From the NCBI GenBank assembly GCA_944380275.1, contig CALWHB010000001.1:33369-97368 (forward strand): 64,000 nt of DNA. The letters are read 5' to 3'. This DNA is from an uncultured Christensenellaceae bacterium (lineage in GTDB: Bacteria > Bacillota > Clostridia > Christensenellales > UBA3700). The notes under the pieces are model-generated. The model searched no databases, had not been told where the DNA came from, and saw only the letters and a list, made by a program, of their open reading frames with translations. Positions 46,658 to 55,800 of this stretch are shown piece after piece; the first letter of the stretch is position 1, and every line of letters starts with the position of its first letter. Both the position numbers and the translations under genes were made by a program.

Positions 46658-48346
46658 ATGCTGGAAACTTTACAGATTGACAATATAGCCCTTATCGAAA
46701 AGCTTGAAATCAGTTTTTGCAAAGGGCTCAACATACTTTCGGGCGAAACGGGAGCAGGCAAGTCTATAATTATAGACAGCCTCAACTTCGTTCTCGGCGC
46801 AAGAGCGGACAAAACGCTGATTTCTTACGGTAAAGACACCGCTAAAGTCAGCGCGTTTTTTGATATTTCCGACAGCAAAAGAACTAAAGAACTTTTAGAC
46901 GAATTTGAAATTGACTACGACGGAGAAGAACTCGTACTTCAACGCGTAATGACTGACGAGGGCAGAAATACCTGCAGAATCAACGGTCAGAAAGTTACTC
47001 TTGCAATGCTTAAAGAAATTGCGCTTACGCTTGCGGATATATACGGTCAACATGAGGCAACGGGACTTCTGAGCGACGAAAATCACATTGTTATCCTCGA
47101 CAAATACGCAAAAACCGCTCTTTTAAAACCTCTTGAAGAACAAAAATCGCTTTATGAAGAAAGAAACAAGATAAAAAAAGAACTGGAAAGATACGGCTCT
47201 CTGTCTGACGTGGAAAAGAAGACGGATATGCTCAGATTTGAACTTGACGAGATAGAAAAAGCAGATTTGAAAGAAGGAGAGGAAGAAGAACTTATCGCTC
47301 TGCGCAGAAAGATAAACAACTCCCGTTCTATTACCGACGCGCTTTCTGCCGCAAAAAACCTGCTTGACGGCGATTCGGACGGGGGTGCGCTCATTGCGGT
47401 TTCGTCTGCAAAATCTCAGTTGAGTTCAGTCGAAGAATACGACAAGCGGTACAGCGAGATTATCGAAAGACTTGACAGCGCAAAAATCGAATTGAAAGAC
47501 ATAGCAGAAACCGTTGAAGGATTCCTCGAAGAAAGCGAATATAATCCTTACGAGGCTGAAAGAGTCGAACAACGACTCGCTCTCGTACGTACTCTAAAGA
47601 GAAAATACGGCTCTGACATAACAGAAATTCTTTCTTATGCAGACAAAATAAGGGAAGAACTCGATTTTTACGACGACGCGGAATATAATATTGAAAAGCT
47701 GTCTTCGTCGCTTAAAAAAGCAGAGGAAAATCTAATAGAGAATTCACTGAAAATTCACGCAATAAGAGCAGAATACGCAAAAAAACTTTCGTCAAACGTT
47801 TGCTCTCAACTTAAAGAACTGGGCATGAACAACGCAACTTTTTACGTTGACGTAACCTGCGACGAACACAACGCCGGACCTGAGGGAGCAGACAGCGTGC
47901 TGTTTATGTTTTCCGCAAATGCAGGACAGCCTGCAAAAGCGTTGAGCAAAGTAATTTCCGGCGGCGAGCTTTCACGTTTCATGCTTGCGGTAAAAAACAT
48001 TATTTCTGACGTCGACGGTATTCAGACAATGGTCTTTGACGAAATAGACACCGGTATCAGCGGAAAAATCGCTCAGGTTGTTGCCGAAAAACTCTATAAT
48101 ATCTCTACCGGAAAGCAGGTTCTTGCCGTAACGCACCTGCCTCAGCTTGCCTCGATGGCGGACGCTCACTATCTTATAAGCAAATCCACGACTGACGGAA
48201 AGACAAGTACCGACGTGAGTATGCTTGACGGAGAACAGACTCTGAAGGAAATAGCAAGACTTCTCGGCGGCAGCGAATACGGCGTACACGCTCTGCCTCA
48301 CGCAAAAGAGATGAAGGAATATTCTGATAATTATAAAAAGAAATAA
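46658..48346 (+). CDS. recN: DNA repair protein RecN
   Basis: LQIDNIALIEKLEISF..LNILSGETGAGKSIIIDSL, a long coiled-coil middle, the C-terminal signature SGGELSRFMLA, and Walker B MVFDEIDTGISG. Confidence 0.95.
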   Translation: MLETLQIDNIALIEKLEISFCKGLNILSGETGAGKSIIIDSLNFVLGARADKTLISYGKDTAKVSAFFDISDSKRTKELLDEFEIDYDGEELVLQRVMTDEGRNTCRINGQKVTLAMLKEIALTLADIYGQHEATGLLSDENHIVILDKYAKTALLKPLEEQKSLYEERNKIKKELERYGSLSDVEKKTDMLRFELDEIEKADLKEGEEEELIALRRKINNSRSITDALSAAKNLLDGDSDGGALIAVSSAKSQLSSVEEYDKRYSEIIERLDSAKIELKDIAETVEGFLEESEYNPYEAERVEQRLALVRTLKRKYGSDITEILSYADKIREELDFYDDAEYNIEKLSSSLKKAEENLIENSLKIHAIRAEYAKKLSSNVCSQLKELGMNNATFYVDVTCDEHNAGPEGADSVLFMFSANAGQPAKALSKVISGGELSRFMLAVKNIISDVDGIQTMVFDEIDTGISGKIAQVVAEKLYNISTGKQVLAVTHLPQLASMADAHYLISKSTTDGKTSTDVSMLDGEQTLKEIARLLGGSEYGVHALPHAKEMKEYSDNYKKK

Positions 48347-48365
48347 ATTTTATATCGATAAAATC

Positions 48366-48392
48366 AGCGTCGGATTTTCCGACGCTTTTTTT
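48366..48392 (+). terminator. Rho-independent terminator after recN
   Basis: Stem AGCGTCGG/CCGACGCT with a 5-nt loop, followed by TTTTTT. Confidence 0.8.
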
Positions 48393-48476
48393 AAAATCAA
48401 TCTGACTTTTTTGTAATGCTTTCATACATAATTTATTCTTCTGTGATTCACACTAATGTCCGTAAGGAGTTTTGCA

Positions 48477-49625
48477 ATGAAAAGATTATTCGGCATAATA
48501 ATATTGCTTGCAGTATGCGTTGCCGCAGTCGGGTATTTCGGATTCTGCTGCGGCGACGACCCGGTTTACAGCGATTACGAAGTAGCCGCCACAACATCGC
48601 CTCTTTCAGTAAACGTGCTTGAAGAATCCGAAGGCGAAGTATCTACAAAACTTTTCGGGATTATAGAAATAAAATCCGCTCAGGCTCAAAAAAGCAAAAA
48701 CAACGAGGTTTTGCTGGGCGGTTTCCCTTTGGGACTCGACCTTAACCTCAAAGGACTTATGATTACGGGAAAGGCGGGAGTCGTTACTGCCGACGGTGCG
48801 GTTTCACCTTGTGAAAACACAGATATAAGATACGGCGACGTACTTCTGGCTATCGACGGCAAATCTGTAGGCAGCGACAAAGCTATTTCTATGATTCTGA
48901 ACGAAAATGCAGGAGAAAGCGTCGAACTTTACGTTATGAGAGGCGATGAAACAAAAATATATACAGTATATCCTGCAAAAGACGTATTGAGCGGAAATTA
49001 CAGGATAGGACTGACTCTTCAGGATAAAATTTCCGGTATAGGCACAGCAACTTTTATCAATCCTCAAACAAAAAAATATGCTTGTTTAGGACACGCTATA
49101 CTTTCTCAGGACGGCAGTCTGATAAGAATAGACGGAGGCAAGATATTCAATGCATATATATCCGGCAGCGTTAAAGGAAAAATAGGCAAAGCAGGAGAGC
49201 TGAACGGAACTTTCAGCTCAAAATCGCTTTCGATAGGTACTATAGAAGAAAACTGCGCTTTTGGCAATTACGGCGTATTTACAGGAAAAACAGATTCTAT
49301 GCAAAAAATAGAAATAGGTTCAAGGACTTCAGTGCGTCCCGGAAAAGCACAGATTTACAGCACCGTCATGGGCAGTGAGCCGAAATACTACGACATCGAA
49401 ATCATTAAAGTAAACGAGCAATCGTCGCCGTCTGACAAATCAATGGTAATAAGAATAACGGACGAAAAACTGATAAGCCTTACCGGAGGAATCGTCCAGG
49501 GTATGAGCGGCAGTCCAATTATTCAGAACGGCAGACTTGTGGGCGCGGTAACTCACGTTTTTACGGCAGACCCGACAAAAGGCTACGGAATATATGCAGA
49601 CTGGATGTATGAAAAAACTCTGTAA
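48477..49625 (+). CDS. spoIVB: SpoIVB peptidase (S55 signalling serine protease)
   Basis: N-terminal TM, a PDZ segment (GDVLLAIDGKSV) and the S55 catalytic region (LGHAI...; GIVQGMSGSPIIQNGRLVGAVTH). The ATG at 48477 lies 7 nt after AAGGAG; the ORF-track start is 48456. Confidence 0.9.
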   Translation: MKRLFGIIILLAVCVAAVGYFGFCCGDDPVYSDYEVAATTSPLSVNVLEESEGEVSTKLFGIIEIKSAQAQKSKNNEVLLGGFPLGLDLNLKGLMITGKAGVVTADGAVSPCENTDIRYGDVLLAIDGKSVGSDKAISMILNENAGESVELYVMRGDETKIYTVYPAKDVLSGNYRIGLTLQDKISGIGTATFINPQTKKYACLGHAILSQDGSLIRIDGGKIFNAYISGSVKGKIGKAGELNGTFSSKSLSIGTIEENCAFGNYGVFTGKTDSMQKIEIGSRTSVRPGKAQIYSTVMGSEPKYYDIEIIKVNEQSSPSDKSMVIRITDEKLISLTGGIVQGMSGSPIIQNGRLVGAVTHVFTADPTKGYGIYADWMYEKTL

Positions 49626-49667
49626 CTTACTATGATTTATTTTATAAAAAAAATTATAAAAATAAAA

Positions 49668-49692
49668 GACGGCGGTATATCCGCCGTTTTTT
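49668..49692. terminator. Bidirectional terminator between convergent spoIVB and purB
   Basis: Stem GACGGCGG/CCGCCGT with loop TATAT, flanked by an A-run upstream and a T-run downstream. Confidence 0.75.
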
Positions 49693-49710
49693 ATTGCAAA
49701 TCCGTCATAA

Positions 49711-51147
49711 TCAGACGTTTACTTCTCCTTTTTGTCCGAGTTTAGACTCAAACGGAGCAATAGCGGGGTTGATTTCGTTTGTAATAAATTCTTCAACCTG
49801 TCGGGGAGCTCTGCCTATAAAGTTTTTCGCATCGAGGATACCGTCCAGTCTGTCCTTTACCGCTGCAAACATATCATCGTTTTTGATAAGGTCTATCAGA
49901 TTGTTGTCTTTGCCTTCCATTTTGACATTTTTAGATGCCTCCATAGAAAGCACTCTGATACGTTCGTGCAGCTCCTGACGGTTGCCGCCTGCCTTTACAC
50001 ACTCCATCATAATATTTTCGGTAGCCATAAAGGGAAGTTCGGCATCGATATGCTTTTTGATTACTTTCTCGTAAACCACGAGATTTTCGCTTATATTCAT
50101 GCAAAGATTGAGTACTGCGTCAACAGACAGGAAAGCCTGAGCGATAACGATGCGCTTGTTTGCGCTGTCATCGAGAGTACGCTCAAACCACTGAGTAGCA
50201 GCCGTAACCGCACAGTTTGTAGGCAAAGAAATGACGTAACGCGCAAGCGAACCCACGCGCTCGCTCCTCATAGGATTGCGTTTGTAAGCCATTGCAGAAG
50301 AGCCAATCTGAGTTTTTTCAAAAGGTTCTTCAATCTCTTTCATATTCTGAAGTATGCGTATATCGTTTGAGAAACGGTAGCAGCTCTGTGCTATCTGAGA
50401 GAGTACGCAAAGCACGTTGTAATCGAATTTTCTGGGATAAGTCTGTCCGGTAACACCGTAAGCTTTTTCGTATCCCATTTTTGCGACGACTTTTTTCTCA
50501 AGTTCTTTTACGGTTTCGCCGTTGCCGTTGAAGAGGTCGAGAAAACTTGCCTGAGTGCCTGTCGTACCTTTAACGCCGCGCAGTTTTACGCAGGATTTCA
50601 GATGCTTGAGATTTTCAAGGTCCAGCAGAAGGTCGCTAAGCCACAGAGTAGCTCTTTTTCCGACGGTGGTAAGTTGCGCAGGTTGCAGATGAGTAAAGCC
50701 GAGAGTAGGCAAATCCTTATATTTCAAAGCGAATTTACGCAGCTTGTCCATAAAATTGACCAGCTTTTCAGTAACGATGTCGAGAGCATTGTCAATTACT
50801 ATTATTTCTGCATTGTCGGTAACATAGCAAGACGTAGCACCGAGATGGATTATCGGCATCGCTTTGGGAGCGAGTTTTCCGTAAGCTTTGACGTGAGCCA
50901 TGACGTCATGTCTGACTTCGCTTTCGAATTTTCGCGCATCGTCGTAATTTATATCTTCTGCATGCGCCTTCATTTCTTCAATCTGTTCGTCGGTAATATT
51001 AAGTCCCAGTTCTTTTTCTGATTCAGCAAGAGCAATCCAGAGTTTTCTCCAAAGTCTGAATTTTTTGTCGTCAGAAAAGTTTGCTGCCATTTCGCGGCTT
51101 GCATATCTTGTAATCAAAGGGTTGTTGTAAATGCTTGTATCAGCCAT
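49711..51147 (-). CDS. purB: Adenylosuccinate lyase
   Basis: NPLITRYASREM, the fumarate-lyase signature GSSAMAYKRNPMRSE, and GVKGTTGTQASF are present. Confidence 0.96.
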   Translation of the reverse strand: MADTSIYNNPLITRYASREMAANFSDDKKFRLWRKLWIALAESEKELGLNITDEQIEEMKAHAEDINYDDARKFESEVRHDVMAHVKAYGKLAPKAMPIIHLGATSCYVTDNAEIIVIDNALDIVTEKLVNFMDKLRKFALKYKDLPTLGFTHLQPAQLTTVGKRATLWLSDLLLDLENLKHLKSCVKLRGVKGTTGTQASFLDLFNGNGETVKELEKKVVAKMGYEKAYGVTGQTYPRKFDYNVLCVLSQIAQSCYRFSNDIRILQNMKEIEEPFEKTQIGSSAMAYKRNPMRSERVGSLARYVISLPTNCAVTAATQWFERTLDDSANKRIVIAQAFLSVDAVLNLCMNISENLVVYEKVIKKHIDAELPFMATENIMMECVKAGGNRQELHERIRVLSMEASKNVKMEGKDNNLIDLIKNDDMFAAVKDRLDGILDAKNFIGRAPRQVEEFITNEINPAIAPFESKLGQKGEVNV

Positions 51148-51275
51148 TGTCAGACTCCTAAAAATAATCTGTATTCATTATAGCGTAATTTTGAGGATTT
51201 TTCTACCTTTTTGTAGCAGTTTGAACTTTAATTTGCTTTATTTTAAAATAAATGATGCAAAAAAGTGCATTTCGA

Positions 51276-51305
51276 TTGACTTTATTATCATTTACATTGT
51301 AAAAT
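51276..51305 (+). promoter_or_regulatory. Candidate sigma-A promoter of tRNA-Trp
   Basis: TTGACT (51276-51281), an 18-nt spacer, then TAAAAT (51300-51305), about 80 nt upstream of the tRNA. Confidence 0.4.
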
Positions 51306-51386
51306 AGATTTCGCCGTAGAAGGAAAACGGTACATCGCAAAAGTTTTTCGAGTGTATCGTTATATCTTCGGGTTCAAACAATATTT

Positions 51387-51461
51387 AGGGGAGTGGCTCA
51401 ACGGTAGAGTAGTGGTCTCCAAAACCATTGGTTGCGTGTTCGAATCGCGTCTCCCCTGCCA
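51387..51461 (+). tRNA. trnW: tRNA-Trp (anticodon CCA), CCA end encoded
   Basis: Hand-folded cloverleaf. Acceptor AGGGGAG/CTCCCCT; D arm GCTC-AACGGTA-GAGT; anticodon stem GTGGT/ACCAT with loop CTCCAAA (CCA at 51419-51421); T arm GCGTG-TTCGAAT-CGCGT; discriminator G then CCA. Confidence 0.9.
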
Positions 51462-51462
51462 G

Positions 51463-51495
51463 GAAAAACGGGAATTTTCCCGTTTTTCTTTTTTA
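51463..51495 (+). terminator. Rho-independent terminator after tRNA-Trp
   Basis: Stem GAAAAACGGGA/TCCCGTTTTTC with loop ATTT, followed by a T-run. Confidence 0.75.
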
Positions 51496-51662
51496 CGATT
51501 AAATTAAACCGCTATCCTAAAATAATTTGTACGATATTAAACTATATTTAACGGTATAAACTTTCAATGTCAGATATTGAAATTTGCCACTTTCTTTTTT
51601 ATAATGAAATTATGTGAAATATTTTGCTCACCTTATTCGATTATAAAGACAGGAAGATACAG

Positions 51663-52148
51663 ATGGAAGAAGACGGCAAAAAAATTTCGACGGCAGAAGA
51701 TATCATAGACGCATACTCGGATATGGTTTTCAGAATTGCCGTTCAATATACGGGCAACAGGCAAGAGGCAGAGGACATAACGCAGGATGCCTTTCTCGCC
51801 ATGCTCAAAAAAATGCCGTTCAACAGCGCGGAACATGCCAAAAGATGGCTTATTCGCGTAACTATAAACAAGTGCAAAGACTATTTCAAATCTGCAAGAA
51901 GGAAAAATCTTCCTCTTGACGAAAATCTGAGCGCATCTTATGTCGGCGAAAACGAAAGGCTTGAAGAGCTTGAAAAGCTTGAACCTCTTGACAGAAGTAT
52001 CATATACCTTTTCTATTACGAAGGATACAGCGCAAAGGAAATAGCAAAAATGACGGGAAAAACAAGAAATGCCGTCAATATAAGACTGAGCAGAGCAAGA
52101 AATACTCTGCGAGAATTGTTGGAGGAGGGCGACAGATATGACGGATAA
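51663..52148 (+). CDS. ECF-type RNA polymerase sigma factor (sigma-70 regions 2 and 4)
   Basis: Region 2 is YSDMVFRIAVQYTGNRQEAEDITQDAFL. Region 4 is LEPLDRSIIYLFYYEGYSAKEIAKMTGKTRNAVNIRLSRAR. The ATG at 51663 lies 6 nt after AGGAAG; an alternative TTG lies at 51624. Confidence 0.88.
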   Translation: MEEDGKKISTAEDIIDAYSDMVFRIAVQYTGNRQEAEDITQDAFLAMLKKMPFNSAEHAKRWLIRVTINKCKDYFKSARRKNLPLDENLSASYVGENERLEELEKLEPLDRSIIYLFYYEGYSAKEIAKMTGKTRNAVNIRLSRARNTLRELLEEGDRYDG

Positions 52149-54369
52149 CAAATATGCGAGAGCAATGTCGGAAATAACGCTTTCTCCAAACAGAAAAAAT
52201 TTAATCAAACAAGCCGTAAAACGCAACCTTCAATATAAAAAAGCAGATTGCAACGCTCCGGTAATCAGAAGTAAATCCAAAGCTGCAACGTTTATCAAGA
52301 TAGCTACGCCGACAGTTGCCGCCGCGCTTATCGCTATAGTGCTTACAGTCATACTTATGCCTGCAACGATTCCGACTGTCGACGTAACCAATCCCGTTTC
52401 CGTACAGGAATACGAATATATTTCAAACGTCGTTGAATACGCACAGTATCTTCCCAACGCAGAGTTGCTTTCAGGCTCGGAAAAATCCGCAACCGGACTT
52501 TCAGGCAATTTAAGCAACCCAAACATTACAAACGACGCAAGATACGACGAGGCTTACCAACTTCAGGACGGACAGCTTGAATTTGACATAGATGATTACA
52601 GGACTTTCAACGACTCGCTTGCAATCGTAAGCTCTACAGGCGTATCCGGCGATTTGACCGTTTACGACATCAAAAAGGAAATAATTTTTGCCGTCGACGT
52701 GATTCCCGGATATGACCAGTGGTTCACTATGCCTTACAATGCAGACTATCTCAGCGAAAGCGACGCAAGATTGTATACAAATAACAGCTACAAGTTGTCT
52801 TACGACAAACAAAACGGCGTAATTAAAATGGTAAGGCTTTCTCAGAAACACAGAGGAGAAACTTATAACCCGTCAACATCTGTTTTTTACGGCAACGCTT
52901 ACACAAGGCAGCTGCTTGAAGTAAGTTATTATATCAACGGAGAAGGAAAAGAAGTCGTTGACTGCAAAGTTACTGACTTCCTTTGCGTGCAGGAAGGAGA
53001 GTATTATCCTCTTTTTGCTCAAAGACTCATAAACGTCAGGGACACTTCAGCGACCAAATATTCTGTCGCGTATATGCTCGATTATGACCTTGTAAAGGAA
53101 TTTCCGGGCAACAACACACTGTCTGCATACGACCTCTCTCAAAAATTCGATTACGGCATAAACGTAATCGCCGTGCAGATGGATTATTCTTCTGACAAAG
53201 ACATTGAAATATTAAAAACACAATACACGACTCAGGATGCTCATTGCGTTCAGCCTACAATGACGGCAATCGATTATTACAAAAAAACTGCGTCCGACGT
53301 GACTTACTTCACATCATGCTGGGATAACAGCGCAATAACTTATTTGTATAAAATACATTTAAACGATTTTGTAAACGTATCACAGCAATCCGACGGAAAA
53401 TATGCGGCTGATTCAGAAGGTATGAAAAAATTCTTCGGCTATCTTTTCCCTCTGAGGAGCAGACTCGTATGTCCCGTATGCGAAGATAAAGGATATACCG
53501 ACGACGGAATTTTCAAAGGATGCTTTCACGGTAAACACTTCGACAATATAGTAAATTCCAAAAGTCAGCTGCTCAGCAACAATGAGGCTTATCTTTCGGA
53601 CGCAGAGGTATTGTATGACGATATAGCTCAAAAATATTCGTCTTTAAACTCTGTTCTTTCTCTTGACGCACGACCGGCTTTCGACGGCGATGGAAATTAT
53701 TGCTTTGAAAATTCAATAAACGATTTTATCAGGCAGTCCAGCACAGAATACTACGGCAAATACGTCTTGTCTGCCGGTTATGCCGCAATGGACGAAGAAG
53801 TCAATAAGAATTCAACGATTATCGGAGAAGAATATCTTGCAGAATTAATGAAAGGGAAATATACTTTTACTTACGACATAAAAGATTACAGTACGGTAAA
53901 TAACGGAAATATCGATTATGTCGTGGAGCAAAAAGTAAATTTAAAAGAAATCAATCCGCAAAGCGAATATTACGTTGCGTTGATAGTAGAAAAAACGGAC
54001 GGTTCGGGGGAATATGCGGTGATAGACAAAATTCAGATTACTGATACCGACAAAACCTACAAACTGAAAGGCAGCGTTTCAATACCTCTGATGCTCGACA
54101 TGATTCTTAACGTTGCACCCGTATTCAAAGAAGGCGACACGTTCAGACTTGCAATCGCCGTACTTGAACAAAACGCCGACGACATAAATGTGATTTCGCA
54201 TACAAAAGCCGTTGAAAACGACAAAACCTCTGAAGAAATCCTCTACAAAGAAGGTGTTGTCAGGCTGGACGGAATAAATTATTCTTATCTCGTGGACAAA
54301 GGGGACAATAACAATATCGTCGTCGTAATGCTTGAAAATCACGTGGATTATATTTATCCTGTTCAATAA
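52138..54369 (+). CDS. Putative anti-sigma factor: short cytoplasmic N-terminus, one TM, ~660-aa extracytoplasmic domain of unknown fold
   Basis: It overlaps the sigma gene by 11 nt. The N-terminal ~60 aa are followed by the TM FIKIATPTVAAALIAIVLTVILM. I recognise no motif in the remainder except a Cys/His cluster, CPVCEDKGYTDDGIFKGCFHGKH. Confidence 0.6.
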   Translation: MTDNKYARAMSEITLSPNRKNLIKQAVKRNLQYKKADCNAPVIRSKSKAATFIKIATPTVAAALIAIVLTVILMPATIPTVDVTNPVSVQEYEYISNVVEYAQYLPNAELLSGSEKSATGLSGNLSNPNITNDARYDEAYQLQDGQLEFDIDDYRTFNDSLAIVSSTGVSGDLTVYDIKKEIIFAVDVIPGYDQWFTMPYNADYLSESDARLYTNNSYKLSYDKQNGVIKMVRLSQKHRGETYNPSTSVFYGNAYTRQLLEVSYYINGEGKEVVDCKVTDFLCVQEGEYYPLFAQRLINVRDTSATKYSVAYMLDYDLVKEFPGNNTLSAYDLSQKFDYGINVIAVQMDYSSDKDIEILKTQYTTQDAHCVQPTMTAIDYYKKTASDVTYFTSCWDNSAITYLYKIHLNDFVNVSQQSDGKYAADSEGMKKFFGYLFPLRSRLVCPVCEDKGYTDDGIFKGCFHGKHFDNIVNSKSQLLSNNEAYLSDAEVLYDDIAQKYSSLNSVLSLDARPAFDGDGNYCFENSINDFIRQSSTEYYGKYVLSAGYAAMDEEVNKNSTIIGEEYLAELMKGKYTFTYDIKDYSTVNNGNIDYVVEQKVNLKEINPQSEYYVALIVEKTDGSGEYAVIDKIQITDTDKTYKLKGSVSIPLMLDMILNVAPVFKEGDTFRLAIAVLEQNADDINVISHTKAVENDKTSEEILYKEGVVRLDGINYSYLVDKGDNNNIVVVMLENHVDYIYPVQ

Positions 54370-54392
54370 TTAAGCCTTTTTGCGCGTACAAG

Positions 54393-54421
54393 TTGCCGAT
54401 TTTCTCTCCTTATGATAAAAT
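54393..54421 (+). promoter_or_regulatory. Candidate sigma-A promoter of proC-rnhA
   Basis: TTGCCG (54393-54398), a 17-nt spacer, then TAAAAT (54416-54421) with TGa. Confidence 0.4.
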
Positions 54422-54440
54422 CATAATCGCGAGGTGAATT

Positions 54441-55223
54441 ATGAAAAAGTATAAACTCGGTTTTATCGGTTACGGCAATATGGCAAAAGCTATTGTCGGA
54501 GGTATTCTCAAAAGCGGATTTCTGGATAAATCGCAGATTGCCGTTTCAAGACAGTCCGACGGCTGTGCAGACGGAATTTTCTGCACAAACGACAATTCAT
54601 ATGTCGCGACAAACTGCGAATATCTCGTACTCGCCGTCAAGCCTCAGGTATTCAAACAGATTGATTTTGTATGTTCCGCCGATTGCATAATAAGCATTAT
54701 GGCAGGCGTTGACAGCAATTTTATATCAGAAAAACTCTGCGCTCGAGGAAAAGTCATACGCGTTATGCCCAACACTCCTTCGCAAATAGGAAAAGGCGTA
54801 ACGGCAATATCAGAAAACGGTCTTGGCAATGAATACAACGACTTCTGCAAGGCGGTTTTCAAAAGCGTTGGCGAAATATGCTATATTTCTGAAGACAAGT
54901 TCGATGCAGTTACCTGCGTAAGCGGCAGCGGTCCGGCATATGCATATTATTTTGCTAAAGCGATGATAGACGGCGGCGTTTCAAACGGATTGGACGAAAA
55001 TACAAGCAAGACGCTTGCTCTCGATACGATTATAGGCGCGTGCGAAATGATAAAGGCAAATCCTCAGATTCCGCTTAAAACACTTATTTCAAACGTTTGT
55101 TCAAAAGGCGGCACTACAATAGAGGCGATAAACGTGTTTGAAAACGACGCTTTGGACGATACCGTAATAAAAGCCATGACTGCGTGCAGAAAACGCAGCG
55201 AAGAACTGAGGGCGGGCAAATGA
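54441..55223 (+). CDS. proC: Pyrroline-5-carboxylate reductase
   Basis: The Rossmann motif LGFIGYGNMAKAI, RVMPNTP, SGSGPAYAYYF and VCSKGGTTIEA are present. Confidence 0.93.
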   Translation: MKKYKLGFIGYGNMAKAIVGGILKSGFLDKSQIAVSRQSDGCADGIFCTNDNSYVATNCEYLVLAVKPQVFKQIDFVCSADCIISIMAGVDSNFISEKLCARGKVIRVMPNTPSQIGKGVTAISENGLGNEYNDFCKAVFKSVGEICYISEDKFDAVTCVSGSGPAYAYYFAKAMIDGGVSNGLDENTSKTLALDTIIGACEMIKANPQIPLKTLISNVCSKGGTTIEAINVFENDALDDTVIKAMTACRKRSEELRAGK

Positions 55224-55687
55224 AAAAAGTTGACCTCTATACTGACGGTGCATGCTCCGGAAATCCGGGAGTAGGCGGTTGGGGCGCAATACTGATATAC
55301 AACGGACACGAAAAGGAAATCAGCGGATATAACAAGGATACGACAAACAACCGTATGGAACTCTTTGCCGTTATTCAGGGACTGAAACAACTCAACCAGC
55401 CGTGCGAAGTTACCGTATACAGCGATTCTGCATACGTTTGCAACGCTTTTCTGGAAAACTGGATAACCGACTGGCAGGCAAACAACTGGCGCACGAAAAC
55501 AAAGGATAAAGTCAAAAACGACGACCTCTGGAAAGCCTTGCTGATGCAAATGGAAGGACATAAGGTAAGCTATGTAAAAGTAAAAGGACACGCTGACAAC
55601 GCTTATAACAACCGTTGCGACAAATTGGCAACGGGAGAAATATCAAAGCATAATAAGCCAAAAGAAACTGACAAACCTTCCGGCTGA
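55220..55687 (+). CDS. rnhA: Ribonuclease HI
   Basis: VDLYTDGACSGNPGVGGWGAIL, TNNRMEL, VYSDSAYV and VKGHADNAYNNRCDKLA are present. The ATG overlaps the proC stop (ATGA). Confidence 0.93.
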   Translation: MKKVDLYTDGACSGNPGVGGWGAILIYNGHEKEISGYNKDTTNNRMELFAVIQGLKQLNQPCEVTVYSDSAYVCNAFLENWITDWQANNWRTKTKDKVKNDDLWKALLMQMEGHKVSYVKVKGHADNAYNNRCDKLATGEISKHNKPKETDKPSG

Positions 55688-55704
55688 GGAGGGTTTTTTC
55701 TTTT
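55674..55704 (+). terminator. Probable terminator overlapping the rnhA stop
   Basis: Stem AACCTTCC/GGAGGGTT (one G-U pair) with loop GGCTGA, followed by TTTTTTCTTTT. Confidence 0.55.
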
Positions 55705-55800
55705 AATCCCGTTATAATTCAAAATATAAATTTTTATTTAATCAAAACGTAATTTTGCGACGCGCTTACAAATACTATATTCGTAACGGAGATAGTATTT

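Noticed and set aside
51148-51386. The purB 5' region as a possible purine riboswitch.
   Set aside because: I could not find the conserved purine-riboswitch junction motifs or a P1/P2/P3 arrangement on the minus strand. The region is better explained by divergent purB and tRNA-Trp promoters.
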